Part shown: positions 47,504 to 56,840 of the stretch, piece after piece
Position numbering within the stretch: the stretch's first letter is position 1
Layout: each line of letters begins with the position of its first letter
Origin: a bacterium
GTDB taxonomy: Bacteria; Zhuqueibacterota; Zhuqueibacteria; Residuimicrobiales; Krinioviventaceae
NCBI GenBank assembly: GCA_963675755.2
Contig: CAXXMD010000003.1
Coordinates: 1,920,001-1,984,000 of the forward strand
Reading direction: 5' to 3'
DNA: 64,000 nt
Notes under the pieces: generated by a model
Told to the model about the DNA's origin: nothing
What the model saw: the letters and a program-made list of their open reading frames with translations, nothing else
The model's database searches: none
Program-made: the position numbers and the translations under genes

Positions 47504-48865
47504 ATGGCTACCCATGTGCTGATTGTGGATGATGATTATATCACCCGTGAAAGTTTGTGTACAGTTTTGGGGAACCGGGGGTTCTTGTGCCGTCAGGCTG
47601 AAAACGGCAGAATTGCACTTGAAGAAATCAAAGAATTTGAATTTGACGTGGTTATAACCGATCTTGAAATGCCCGAGCTGAATGGGATGGAGCTGATGGA
47701 ACAGGCTTCGGTGATCAGGCCGCGATTGTCATTTATTCTTATTACTGCATATGCTTCCATAGAAACCGCTATAGAAGCACTGCGAAAAGGCGCTTATGAT
47801 TATCTGTTAAAACCCCTCAATCTTGAAGACGTTGCCATCAAAATCCGTAAATTGGTAGAGCACAAGGAACTGGTGTACGAAAACCAGGTGCTGCGCCAGG
47901 AAATACACTCACAGTATGATTATAATAATATTATTGGACAAAGTGCTGCCATAAAAAAAATATTCGGTACCATTAATAAAGTATCTGATAGTGAAAGTAA
48001 TGTACTCATCTCCGGAAAAAGCGGTACCGGCAAGGAACTGGTCGCGCGTGCAATCCATTATAACAGCCGTCACCGGTCCGGACGCTTTGTAGCGGTTAAT
48101 TGCGGTGCGGTAACCGAAACTCTGATGGAAAGTGAATTGTTTGGTCACAAAAAGGGATCCTTTACCGGGGCAGTTGCAGACAAGGAAGGTTTGTTCATGG
48201 CTGCGCACCGGGGAACATTGTTTCTGGACGAGATAGGGGAAATGTCGCTTTCCGCGCAAGCCAAATTGTTACGCGCCATTGAAACCAAAACCGTGCTTCC
48301 CGTGGGTTCAACGCAGCCCGAGACCGTACATATTCGTATCATTGCGGCAACCAACCGGGAATTGATCAAAGAGGTAGAGGCTGGTAATTTTCGGGAGGAC
48401 TTGTTTTATCGGTTAAATGTAATTGAGATCAATCTTCCTTCTCTTACAGAAAGAAAAGACGATATACCCTTGCTGGTTGATCATTTTATTCAAAAATACA
48501 ATCGTCAGATGAATAAACGTGTTACCGGGGTGAGCAGAGAATTGCTGGAACAGCTTGTGCACAGGACCTGGGAGGGTGAAGTGCGAGAACTGGAGAATTT
48601 TATAGAAAGACTGATGATCTTTGCCAGAGGAACTGAACTGGTGCTGGATGAGATTCCCGCCGGACTGTTTGAAAATCAAAAAGTGACTGTGTTTAGTCCG
48701 CAAACGGATAATTTAAAATCCGCGGTTGAACAGTTTGAAAAACAGTTTATTACGTCTCAATTGGAAAAGTTTGATCATCACCGGGGTAAAACCGCCAAAG
48801 CTCTGGGTATTGGCGAAGCGACGTTGTATAGAAAAATGGGGCAATTGGGCATAGATGCCGGCTAA
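47504..48865 (+). CDS. Sigma-54-dependent response regulator (NtrC/AtoC family)
   Basis: Receiver; GKSGTGKE, ESELFGH..GSFTGA, LFLDEI, FREDLFYRL; Fis-type HTH. Confidence 0.95.
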   Translation: MATHVLIVDDDYITRESLCTVLGNRGFLCRQAENGRIALEEIKEFEFDVVITDLEMPELNGMELMEQASVIRPRLSFILITAYASIETAIEALRKGAYDYLLKPLNLEDVAIKIRKLVEHKELVYENQVLRQEIHSQYDYNNIIGQSAAIKKIFGTINKVSDSESNVLISGKSGTGKELVARAIHYNSRHRSGRFVAVNCGAVTETLMESELFGHKKGSFTGAVADKEGLFMAAHRGTLFLDEIGEMSLSAQAKLLRAIETKTVLPVGSTQPETVHIRIIAATNRELIKEVEAGNFREDLFYRLNVIEINLPSLTERKDDIPLLVDHFIQKYNRQMNKRVTGVSRELLEQLVHRTWEGEVRELENFIERLMIFARGTELVLDEIPAGLFENQKVTVFSPQTDNLKSAVEQFEKQFITSQLEKFDHHRGKTAKALGIGEATLYRKMGQLGIDAG

Positions 48866-49069
48866 CCGTGAACAGCAGGGGATACTGACCGCCCACGAAA
48901 TATACGAATACACACGTAAAATATAATTGTTATTTGACCTGCATCTGTCAGGCAAATTTGTCCTATTTTGATTGCGATGCAGATTTTTACATCGCGGAAT
49001 AGATTTAAGGGACATTCGTCCCGTTATATTTTTGTATTCAACCAGGACAAATGTCCGGATATATGTTCC

Positions 49070-49101
49070 GCCCGGTATCCACCAAATGGCGGATACCAGG
49101 C
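49070..49101. repeat. REP-like hairpin
   Basis: GCCCGGTATCCACCA-AA-TGGCGGATACCAGGC; core resembles TCCGCCAAAGGCGGA in the tRNA repeats. Confidence 0.5.
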
Positions 49102-49172
49102 AATGATATGTATAAATTTTAAGAGAATGATTTGTGTTTCAGATCGGATAGGTTCATTTCGTCTCCCGTCAA

Positions 49173-49586
49173 CTATTCACCCATCACTTTAATAATAACC
49201 CGTTTACGGCGCTGGCCGTCAAATTCCGCGTAATAGACCTGCTGCCAGGGGCCCAGATCCAGTTTGCCATCGGTAACCGGGAGAATGACCTGGTGATGCA
49301 TGAGCAGGCTTTTCAGGTGAGCGTCTCCGTTTACTTCACCGGTACGATGGTGGCGATAGTCAACACCATCCGGAGCAAGGTGCTGCAGCCAGTCTTCAAT
49401 ATCCTGAATCAATCCGGATTCCGCATCGTTCACATATACCGCGGCGGTAATATGCATGGCAGAGATGAGCACCATTCCTTCTTTTATACCGCTCTCTCTT
49501 AGCGATGTTTCAACTTCATGGGTTATATTGATGAATTCACGATGTTTTTGGGTATTGAACCATAGATAACGGGTGTTGAATTTCAT
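49173..49586 (-). CDS. yjbQ: YjbQ/UPF0047 family protein
   Basis: [24 protein letters not shown]. Confidence 0.9.
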   Translation of the reverse strand: MKFNTRYLWFNTQKHREFINITHEVETSLRESGIKEGMVLISAMHITAAVYVNDAESGLIQDIEDWLQHLAPDGVDYRHHRTGEVNGDAHLKSLLMHHQVILPVTDGKLDLGPWQQVYYAEFDGQRRKRVIIKVMGE

Positions 49587-49595
49587 GTTTTTCTC

Positions 49596-50090
49596 CTAAG
49601 CTTCCAGTATGAGGGATTCGCGTTCAAATACGTGTTGATTAAAATTGTCTATAAAGTCCTGTATGTGTATCAATAGATTCTCAAGATCATTGACCGTTGG
49701 AGCCACAGCCAGCAGTTCCAGCTCTTGTTTCAAGGTTTCAATTTCATCGTACATGATCATTTCACATTCGTAAATCTGGTCCAGTAGATTGTTTCGCAAT
49801 CCATTTTTGTTGAAAAAAAAGGCCCCGTGGTATGTGGGGTGTTTCAGGCTTTCGCTCAATACCAAAATGCCCTTTTTTAACTTTTTGGCCTTGTTGCGCA
49901 GTGTACTGCTTTGCACAGAAAAATCGATTTTGACATACTTTATCAGTGCTCCAATTTCATTTATCAGAAATTGCCGAAATGATATGTCTGTTTTTTCCCG
50001 TAACCCGGGTTGCTCATAACCGGAAAAGCCGTTAATGCCTGCAAGCAGTTTCTTGTATGCGGCATCAGTAGTAGTTGTTGATGTTGTCAT
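49596..50090 (-). CDS. Hypothetical helical protein
   Basis: 164-aa ORF with SD, co-oriented with yjbQ. Confidence 0.65.
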   Translation of the reverse strand: MTTSTTTTDAAYKKLLAGINGFSGYEQPGLREKTDISFRQFLINEIGALIKYVKIDFSVQSSTLRNKAKKLKKGILVLSESLKHPTYHGAFFFNKNGLRNNLLDQIYECEMIMYDEIETLKQELELLAVAPTVNDLENLLIHIQDFIDNFNQHVFERESLILEA

Positions 50091-50223
50091 ACAAGCGCTC
50101 CTGTAAAAATTAAAGTGTTAAATTCTTAACCCGGTCAATCTGTTACGGGACCAGCAGTGTACAATATTTTTGATATATATAAATAAAAACGACAATTCAG
50201 GCAGCGGTAAGATAAAAATCGAG

Positions 50224-51120
50224 TTAATCCGGGATTGATTGTTCTGTATATTTTTCATTCAGTAATACTACAACAACACCGCATAATAAAATAATCCCAC
50301 CAATCATTTTATATACTGGCAACGGTTCATTCAGCAGCAGCCAGGCCAATAATGACGACCCCACCGCTTCACCCAGGGTAAGAATGGCAACGGTGGCGGC
50401 TGAAAAATATTTCAACGCCCAATTCAAACTGGTGTGACCAATAACCTGGGGTATAAAAGCGATGGCAATTAATACCAGTAAGGCTTCTCTGTTGTAATCA
50501 ATCAGTATTTGGGGTTGGGTGAAAAGAATATAAATCAAAAGGATTACGGCGGCAGCCCCATACACCCACACAACGTATTGAAATGTGTTCATTGATCGTC
50601 TCAATTTACGTCCCATCAGGAAGTACCCCGAAGCTCCCAACGCACCCAATACAGCCAGGGCATTTCCAAAAACAGCGGTGTTTTGAAATTTTGCATCGTA
50701 ACCGGCAATGATCATTCCACCTGTAATTGCAATAACAATTCCTATAGTGCCTTTCCAGTGGAGTCGTTCTTTTAAAAAGACGGCACTGCCTATGGCTACA
50801 AAAATTGGAGAGGTCTGCACCAGCACCACTGAGCTTGCTACGGTAGTATAGCTGAGAGAGGTGATCCATGTTGCAAAATGAAAGGCAAGAAACGCACCGG
50901 ACAATACCGCCCATTTTATATCGTGAATTGAAACTTTGAGCAGTGACTTTTGGGTTATGCCTGCTACTCCTGTATAGAATATAGAGGCCAGCCCAACACG
51001 ATATACGGCAATAACCAGTGGAGCGGCATCGCACAAACGTATCAATATGGATGCGGAAGAGAGAGCCAGTATGCCAATAGAGATTACCAGCCCGGCGATT
51101 TTTTTATGATTGTCATGCAT
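50224..51120 (-). CDS. DMT/EamA family transporter
   Basis: About 10 TM helices in two repeats; HFATWITSLSYTTVASS. Confidence 0.9.
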   Translation of the reverse strand: MHDNHKKIAGLVISIGILALSSASILIRLCDAAPLVIAVYRVGLASIFYTGVAGITQKSLLKVSIHDIKWAVLSGAFLAFHFATWITSLSYTTVASSVVLVQTSPIFVAIGSAVFLKERLHWKGTIGIVIAITGGMIIAGYDAKFQNTAVFGNALAVLGALGASGYFLMGRKLRRSMNTFQYVVWVYGAAAVILLIYILFTQPQILIDYNREALLVLIAIAFIPQVIGHTSLNWALKYFSAATVAILTLGEAVGSSLLAWLLLNEPLPVYKMIGGIILLCGVVVVLLNEKYTEQSIPD

Positions 51121-51124
51121 TAGA

Positions 51125-52060
51125 TTAGGGTTCAGATCTGGGTACAGTGTGGATAAGCGAGTCTTGAGACAAATAGGTGTTGGGGAAAATTTGTTTTGCT
51201 TCTTCCAGCATCATCTCTTCTGCCTCAACGCTATTGCGAATACTCAAGTGCCATAGAAACAACGATTTTGCCTTTGCTTCCCTGGCAATTTCAGCCGCTT
51301 GTACCGATGTAGTGTGAAACGTTTTGTGTGCGCGTTCTGTGAGTTCGCTGGAAAAAGTACTGTCATGGATGAGCACATCTGAATTCTCTGCCAGGATAGT
51401 TGTATTGCTGCAGGGCCGGGTGTCGGTACAGTAGGCAATTACTCGTCCGGGACGAGTGGGCCCCATTAATTCATCCGGATGTATGGCAGTACCATTGACA
51501 GTAACGGAATTCCCCTGCTGCAATTCCGCACGCAGGGGGCCGGCTCCTATACCTAATTGTTCTGCCTTTTCTGCGTCGAAACGACCGGGTTTGGGGGCTT
51601 CCTCAAACCGATAACCGTAGCACAGGGTCCGGTGCTCAAGTGGCAGAGCCGTGACTGTTAATGGCCCTACTTTGAGAGCGGGTTGGTTTTCTTGCTGTAA
51701 TTCAATAAATGTTAACGGATACGTGATCTCGAATCCGGAAATTTTACTTATGCAATCAAAGTATTCTTGTATTCCTTTGGGGCCAATGATGGTGATGGGG
51801 TTTGACCGGTCCATCATTTGTTGAGAGGTTAGAAATCCCGGCAGCCCGAAAAGATGATCGCCATGCAGATGAGAAAATAGGATGGTGTGAATTTTTGAAG
51901 GCGACAATCCCACTCTGGCAAGTGTCATTTGCGTGCCTTCACCCATATCGCAAAGGATGGTTCCGCCGTCATGGTGAATGGCTATTGATGGCAGTCCCCG
52001 TCGTGCGGACGGAACCGCCGCGCCGGTACCCAGAAATTGTATTTCAAGCGTATCGTTCAT
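51125..52060 (-). CDS. rnz: Ribonuclease Z
   Basis: FLGT..AVPS, D.GEGTQ, SHLHGDHLFG (HxHxDH), exosite GP motif, DTRP, HDSTF. Confidence 0.93.
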   Translation of the reverse strand: MNDTLEIQFLGTGAAVPSARRGLPSIAIHHDGGTILCDMGEGTQMTLARVGLSPSKIHTILFSHLHGDHLFGLPGFLTSQQMMDRSNPITIIGPKGIQEYFDCISKISGFEITYPLTFIELQQENQPALKVGPLTVTALPLEHRTLCYGYRFEEAPKPGRFDAEKAEQLGIGAGPLRAELQQGNSVTVNGTAIHPDELMGPTRPGRVIAYCTDTRPCSNTTILAENSDVLIHDSTFSSELTERAHKTFHTTSVQAAEIAREAKAKSLFLWHLSIRNSVEAEEMMLEEAKQIFPNTYLSQDSLIHTVPRSEP

Positions 52061-52076
52061 GGATTGCGCGACAGTG

Positions 52077-52712
52077 TCATTGATTTTTTTTACGGCCAAA
52101 ACGGTTTTCCGTGCCGTTCAACAAACGTTTAATATTTGAACGGTGTGTGAAAATGATCAAGGCAGAGACAAAAAATCCAAATCCATACAAGGGGGCTGTA
52201 ATGGGTTGATGTAAGACAAATTTGAAAATGGATAAAACCACAGGCAATGTTACAGCCGCTGAAATTGAGCTGAGTGAAACAATTTTTGAAAAAACAAAAA
52301 CCAGTGCAAACACAGCCAGGCAGATTAACAATGCAACCGGATATAGAGCAATCAGCATACCTGCTGCAGTACCAACCCCTTTACCACCGCGGAATTTTGC
52401 AAAGATCGTCCAGATATGTCCGAAAATAGCAGCACAGCCGGTAATGATCAATACCAGGTCATGACTGACAGGCATGGGCGCAAAAGCAATGCGGGAAAGC
52501 CAGAACGTAGCAGCAAATCCTTTAAATATGTCAACAAGCATAACAAAAACACCAGGTTTCCATCCCAGCACCCGAAACACATTTGTTGCTCCGGCATTTC
52601 CGCTGCCGTGTTCCCGAATGTCTATTCCTTTTAACAATTTGCCGGTGATGATACTTGTGGGGATTGAGCCTACCAGGTAAGCAAGGACAATGATAACGAG
52701 TAAATTCAGCAT
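52077..52712 (-). CDS. plsY: Glycerol-3-phosphate acyltransferase PlsY
   Basis: YLVGSIP, GSGNAGATN, FRGGKGV, HRSNI.RL. Confidence 0.96.
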   Translation of the reverse strand: MLNLLVIIVLAYLVGSIPTSIITGKLLKGIDIREHGSGNAGATNVFRVLGWKPGVFVMLVDIFKGFAATFWLSRIAFAPMPVSHDLVLIITGCAAIFGHIWTIFAKFRGGKGVGTAAGMLIALYPVALLICLAVFALVFVFSKIVSLSSISAAVTLPVVLSIFKFVLHQPITAPLYGFGFFVSALIIFTHRSNIKRLLNGTENRFGRKKNQ

Positions 52713-52736
52713 ATAATGTTTCCCGGGTTGGTAGTG

Positions 52737-54143
52737 TTAAAATTTAACAGTCAGGGAGCCGAATTCCAGCGCTCCCTGTGATGAGTTTTTGTAAAGAATG
52801 GGTTTTACCTGGAACTTGTCTAAAAATTTTGCTGCCAGATTTTCAATAGTTTCGTCTACATTTTGGTTTTCTGTAAGAATTAAAACCGTACCGCCGCAGC
52901 TTTCACTTGTAAGCCTTGCGCCGTAAAAGCCGTTTGCCGGTCCCATTTCTTTTATTAAAGAGATAACATAATCTGTTTTTTCAGAGCCCAGGTCATATAA
53001 ATTGCGAAAACTGTCATGAGATTCGAATAACAGATCTCCTGCATCCATTAACGCCTCTTTTGTATGTCCCGAGTTTATGGAATCGAATGCTTTAATGAAT
53101 TGCAGTACCCGATCATTTTCATAAATTGGAAAAGCCGTGTGTTCTCTGACCGGGTAAAGTGTATCCGGATCGATTAGCTCAGCCATGTCTTGATGGCTAT
53201 CATAGGTTTCCATAAAATCTTTACCGCTAATCTGTTCAGGAACAATTTGCTTAAAGGTTTCTTCCCATTCGGATGGCGTTATATTGCACAGATATCCCTT
53301 GTAGGGATTGGGCTTTTGCTGTTTTTCGAGATGTGAAAAGATAATCTCTTGCCCTATAAATGCTGAAACTCGGGATTTCAAAAGCAAAAGGTCACAGGCT
53401 TCCTGTCTGTATTTTGTATCAATCGATAAAAACTGGACTGAATGGGGCAGAGTAATCATTTTAAGCAGTTCCAATGGCTGACAGCGCATTGCAAGCAGTT
53501 TGTCTTTTTTTCCCATAACCGGGCTTGCGGTTTCCATAATACTGCCGGCATTCATTCCATTGACCTTGGCAAGAGTAGCAATTTGAAACGCGTCTAAAGA
53601 TAGATTAAAAGCACTTTTAATTGCCTGTAAAACAGCAGTTTTCATTGCGCCGTTTGAACCAATTCCACCATTTTGCGGGATGTTGCTTTTGATGCAAATG
53701 GTGATTCCGTTTTGGAATTTTTGCGGTGTATTGTTTGAAAGCATAACAGGCAGCATTTCAAGCACCTGACTGGCCCAGGGGAGTTTGATTTGGGATTGGA
53801 TCTCTTTTGAAATAACGTCAGGGGATTTTAATTGCCCATTTGAATAGAATTTATCCAATTGGTATTCTATAATGTGCTGACCTGCTTTGGATTCAAAGTC
53901 GTTGTATTTGAGCAATATCCGTAAATCAAGGCGCTTTTGGACACCTGCTATAACAGCCTGTTCAAGCGTACCGCCAACAGCTACTGAGCCGGCATAATCA
54001 AATGTTCCGCCCATAATATCCTGGCTTGCGGGAGCACGTGAGATATGGATCTCCCGTCCGGGAACAAACATGCCCCCGAACCACAACCGAATATTTTTTT
54101 TATATTCCTGTATATCTATTGGTAAATGCATAGTCTTGTTCAA
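52737..54143 (-). CDS. GHMP-kinase-fold protein (galactokinase/L-arabinokinase-like), catalytic motifs degenerate
   Basis: RAPASQDIMGG..DYAG, PQNGGIGSNGA, YENDRV, GARLTSESCGG. Confidence 0.75.
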   Translation of the reverse strand: MNKTMHLPIDIQEYKKNIRLWFGGMFVPGREIHISRAPASQDIMGGTFDYAGSVAVGGTLEQAVIAGVQKRLDLRILLKYNDFESKAGQHIIEYQLDKFYSNGQLKSPDVISKEIQSQIKLPWASQVLEMLPVMLSNNTPQKFQNGITICIKSNIPQNGGIGSNGAMKTAVLQAIKSAFNLSLDAFQIATLAKVNGMNAGSIMETASPVMGKKDKLLAMRCQPLELLKMITLPHSVQFLSIDTKYRQEACDLLLLKSRVSAFIGQEIIFSHLEKQQKPNPYKGYLCNITPSEWEETFKQIVPEQISGKDFMETYDSHQDMAELIDPDTLYPVREHTAFPIYENDRVLQFIKAFDSINSGHTKEALMDAGDLLFESHDSFRNLYDLGSEKTDYVISLIKEMGPANGFYGARLTSESCGGTVLILTENQNVDETIENLAAKFLDKFQVKPILYKNSSQGALEFGSLTVKF

Positions 54144-54341
54144 TAATAGTGATACATTTATTAAAAGGTAATATATTATTTATCAAAATGCAAGCGTATG
54201 AATTAAAATAGGAAAAAGGTATACTTGATTTAGAAAATTATATTGTTAAATTATTTATTATTTTGAATACTATTTGACTTATTTTCATCTTATTAAAAGA
54301 ACGAAAATGAATTCAAATGGAAGATTGGAGGATACCAAACC

Positions 54342-55262
54342 ATGGAAAATGTAATTATTATTGGCTCCGGCCCTGCCGGATTAACTTCAGCTATATATGC
54401 AGCACGCGCCAACCTGAAACCCGTTGTTCTGGCCGGTATGGAACGTGGTGGACAAATCACTTTGACTGATGATCTGGAAAACTTTCCCGGGTTTCCCGAA
54501 GGTGTAAGCGGTTTTGAAATGTACCAGTTGTTGGAAAAACAGGCAACCCGATTTGGTGCCGAACTGGTATATGATGTAGTGACAGAAGTGGACTTGAGCG
54601 GTGATGTGAAAATAGTAAAAACCGCAGACAAGGAATATCAGGCAAAAACCGTAGTCATTGCAACCGGTTCTACTCCTAAAAAACTGGATGTTCCGGGTGA
54701 AAAAGAATTGATTGGCAAGGGTGTATCTTATTGTGCAACTTGTGATGGATTTTTCTTTAGCGGCAAACATGTTGCGGTTATTGGTGGTGGAAACAGTGCG
54801 CTGGATGAAGGTCTGTTTTTGACCCGTTACGCAAGCAAAGTGTCTATCATTCACCGTCGTGATAAATTGCGTGCAGACGCAATTTTGCAGGAACGTGCAA
54901 AAAAGAATGATAAAGTTGAATTTGTATGGGATTCTGTTGTAGAAGAGGTTGTTGGCGATGATGCAGTGAAATCCCTTAAATTGAAAAACGTAAAAACCGG
55001 TGATGTTACAGACTTTGATGTGGATGGTGTATTTGTTTTTATTGGTCATTATCCTAATACAGATCTGTTCAAAGATCAAATTGAGCTGGATGACAGTAAT
55101 TATGTTTTAACTGATAGATATACTAAAACCAATGTAAAAGGTGTTTTTGCATGTGGTGATGTTCAGGACCCGGTTTATCGTCAGGCTATTACGTCTGCGG
55201 GAACCGGCTGTCAGTCTGCAATGGAAGCAGAAAAATATGTTGCAGAACACGAAGGTGAATAA
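54342..55262 (+). CDS. trxB: Thioredoxin-disulfide reductase
   Basis: GSGPAG, CATCDG, GGGNSA, HRRD, GDV.D..YRQA. Confidence 0.97.
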   Translation: MENVIIIGSGPAGLTSAIYAARANLKPVVLAGMERGGQITLTDDLENFPGFPEGVSGFEMYQLLEKQATRFGAELVYDVVTEVDLSGDVKIVKTADKEYQAKTVVIATGSTPKKLDVPGEKELIGKGVSYCATCDGFFFSGKHVAVIGGGNSALDEGLFLTRYASKVSIIHRRDKLRADAILQERAKKNDKVEFVWDSVVEEVVGDDAVKSLKLKNVKTGDVTDFDVDGVFVFIGHYPNTDLFKDQIELDDSNYVLTDRYTKTNVKGVFACGDVQDPVYRQAITSAGTGCQSAMEAEKYVAEHEGE

Positions 55263-55274
55263 ACGAGGCAAATA

Positions 55275-55868
55275 ATGGAAAACCAGTCTAAAACAAAATT
55301 CCCTTTGGGTGGAGTGGTGCTGATTGGGCTTGGTCTTTTATTTTTATTAAACAACCTTGATGTTCTAAGCTTTCACGAGTTTGTTTCTGATTACTGGCCA
55401 CTTTTCCTGATTTTTATTGGTATATACATCATTTATACCAGTAACCGCAAACAGGATGGTGGAAAGGCTTATGTTCAGGAAGCAGAAACAATATCAAGTG
55501 AAAACCAGGTCAGGTTAGATAAAACCTTTGGTAATATAAGAACCAGGATAGACAGTAATCCCTTTGAGGGTGGGCAGGTAAAAACGGTTTTTGGTGAGAT
55601 TGATATAGAGGTACCCTTTGTTAAATTGAGCCCGGGCACCCAAAAGTTAGAGATTGCTTCTACTTTTGGTGAGGTCAGAGTACAGCTGGCAAATGACCTG
55701 CCTGTAAAAATTATTGCGACCAACCTTGGCGGTACCATACAGATATATGATCAACACCGTGAAGGTTTGAATGAAAGACTGGTTTATCAATCTGATTCAT
55801 ATGAAACAGCCAGCAGTCGGCTCGATATTATATGCTCAGTTACTTTTGGTGAAATCCGGATCTGGTAA
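55275..55868 (+). CDS. LiaF/LiaI-like membrane protein
   Basis: N-terminal G..LI..G..FLL.N...YWP TM pair and repeated FG.I beta motifs. Confidence 0.75.
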   Translation: MENQSKTKFPLGGVVLIGLGLLFLLNNLDVLSFHEFVSDYWPLFLIFIGIYIIYTSNRKQDGGKAYVQEAETISSENQVRLDKTFGNIRTRIDSNPFEGGQVKTVFGEIDIEVPFVKLSPGTQKLEIASTFGEVRVQLANDLPVKIIATNLGGTIQIYDQHREGLNERLVYQSDSYETASSRLDIICSVTFGEIRIW

Positions 55869-55882
55869 ATAAAGGGTGTAAT

Positions 55883-55916
55883 AAAAGCGGGACTAGAGCT
55901 TCTAGTCCCGCTTTTT
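55883..55916 (+). terminator. Intrinsic terminator
   Basis: AAAAGCGGGACTAGA-GCT-TCTAGTCCCGCTTTTT. Confidence 0.8.
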
Positions 55917-56840
55917 GTGTATATGAACTATCGTTATAATAAATTTTCAAAATACTTGCGCGATCGTTACGGTGAAAAAGTGTGGAAACTTTCATTGGAT
56001 GCAGGTTTTACCTGCCCGAACAAGGATCCTGAAACCGGTAGCGGCGGATGCATTTTTTGCAGGAATGACAGCTTTTCACAAATGTTGTCTGAACAGCAGG
56101 TCTGTGTGAATGAGCAGATTCGGCAGGGGATTGAGTTGGGTGACAAGGTTGGCATTCACAAGTATATTGTATATTTTCAATCCTCAACAAATACTTTTGC
56201 ACCGGTATCTGAACTGGAAAAATTGTTTTTTGATGCAATCTCTTTTCCCGGTGTTGTTGGAATATCTATTGCAACCCGACCGGATTGTTTGTCAAAAGGT
56301 GTTTTGAATCTGTTTGGAAAATTGGCTGAAAAAGTGGATGTTTGGATTGAACTGGGTTTGCAAAGCAGCTTTAACAAGACGTTAAAAGCAATTAACCGGG
56401 GACATACTTTTGAAGATTATTTAAAAGCTGTAAACAAACTCAAACCTCTTAATGTCAGAATATGCACACATATTATGGTTGGCTTGCCGGATGAAGGACT
56501 GGAGCATAGCATTATTACAGCGGAACGAATTGCGCAGACCGGGACCCACGATATTAAAATTCATCCGCTGTTAATTCTAAAAGACACAGAATTAGAATCC
56601 TTGTATTTAGACGGCAAGATTTTGCCTTTGGATATTGATACCTATGCGCTTCATGTCAGCGAGATGCTGCAACACCTGCCGCCGGATATGGTGATTCAAC
56701 GTCTTACTGCAGAAGCACCAAGAGAGATTGTCCTGGCACCACGATGGGTTATAAACAAAACAAATGTAATAAATACTATTCATTATGAGATGAAGAAACA
56801 GGGGATGAAGCAAGGGGAAAAGTACGAACTGCAATTTTAA
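55917..56840 (+). CDS. TIGR01212 (YhcC-like) radical SAM protein
   Basis: DAGFTCPN.D....GGCIFC, YFQ..TNT, TRPDC, ELGLQS, INRGH. Confidence 0.92.
   Translation: MYMNYRYNKFSKYLRDRYGEKVWKLSLDAGFTCPNKDPETGSGGCIFCRNDSFSQMLSEQQVCVNEQIRQGIELGDKVGIHKYIVYFQSSTNTFAPVSELEKLFFDAISFPGVVGISIATRPDCLSKGVLNLFGKLAEKVDVWIELGLQSSFNKTLKAINRGHTFEDYLKAVNKLKPLNVRICTHIMVGLPDEGLEHSIITAERIAQTGTHDIKIHPLLILKDTELESLYLDGKILPLDIDTYALHVSEMLQHLPPDMVIQRLTAEAPREIVLAPRWVINKTNVINTIHYEMKKQGMKQGEKYELQF

Noticed and set aside
32454-55079. Long antisense ORFs (32454-33275, 38469-39224, 54387-55079)
   Set aside because: They lie opposite well-conserved genes and have no recognisable motifs; codon-bias shadows
55883-55925. Attenuator controlling the radical SAM gene
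   Set aside because: The hairpin is fully explained as the terminator of the upstream operon; no antiterminator seen
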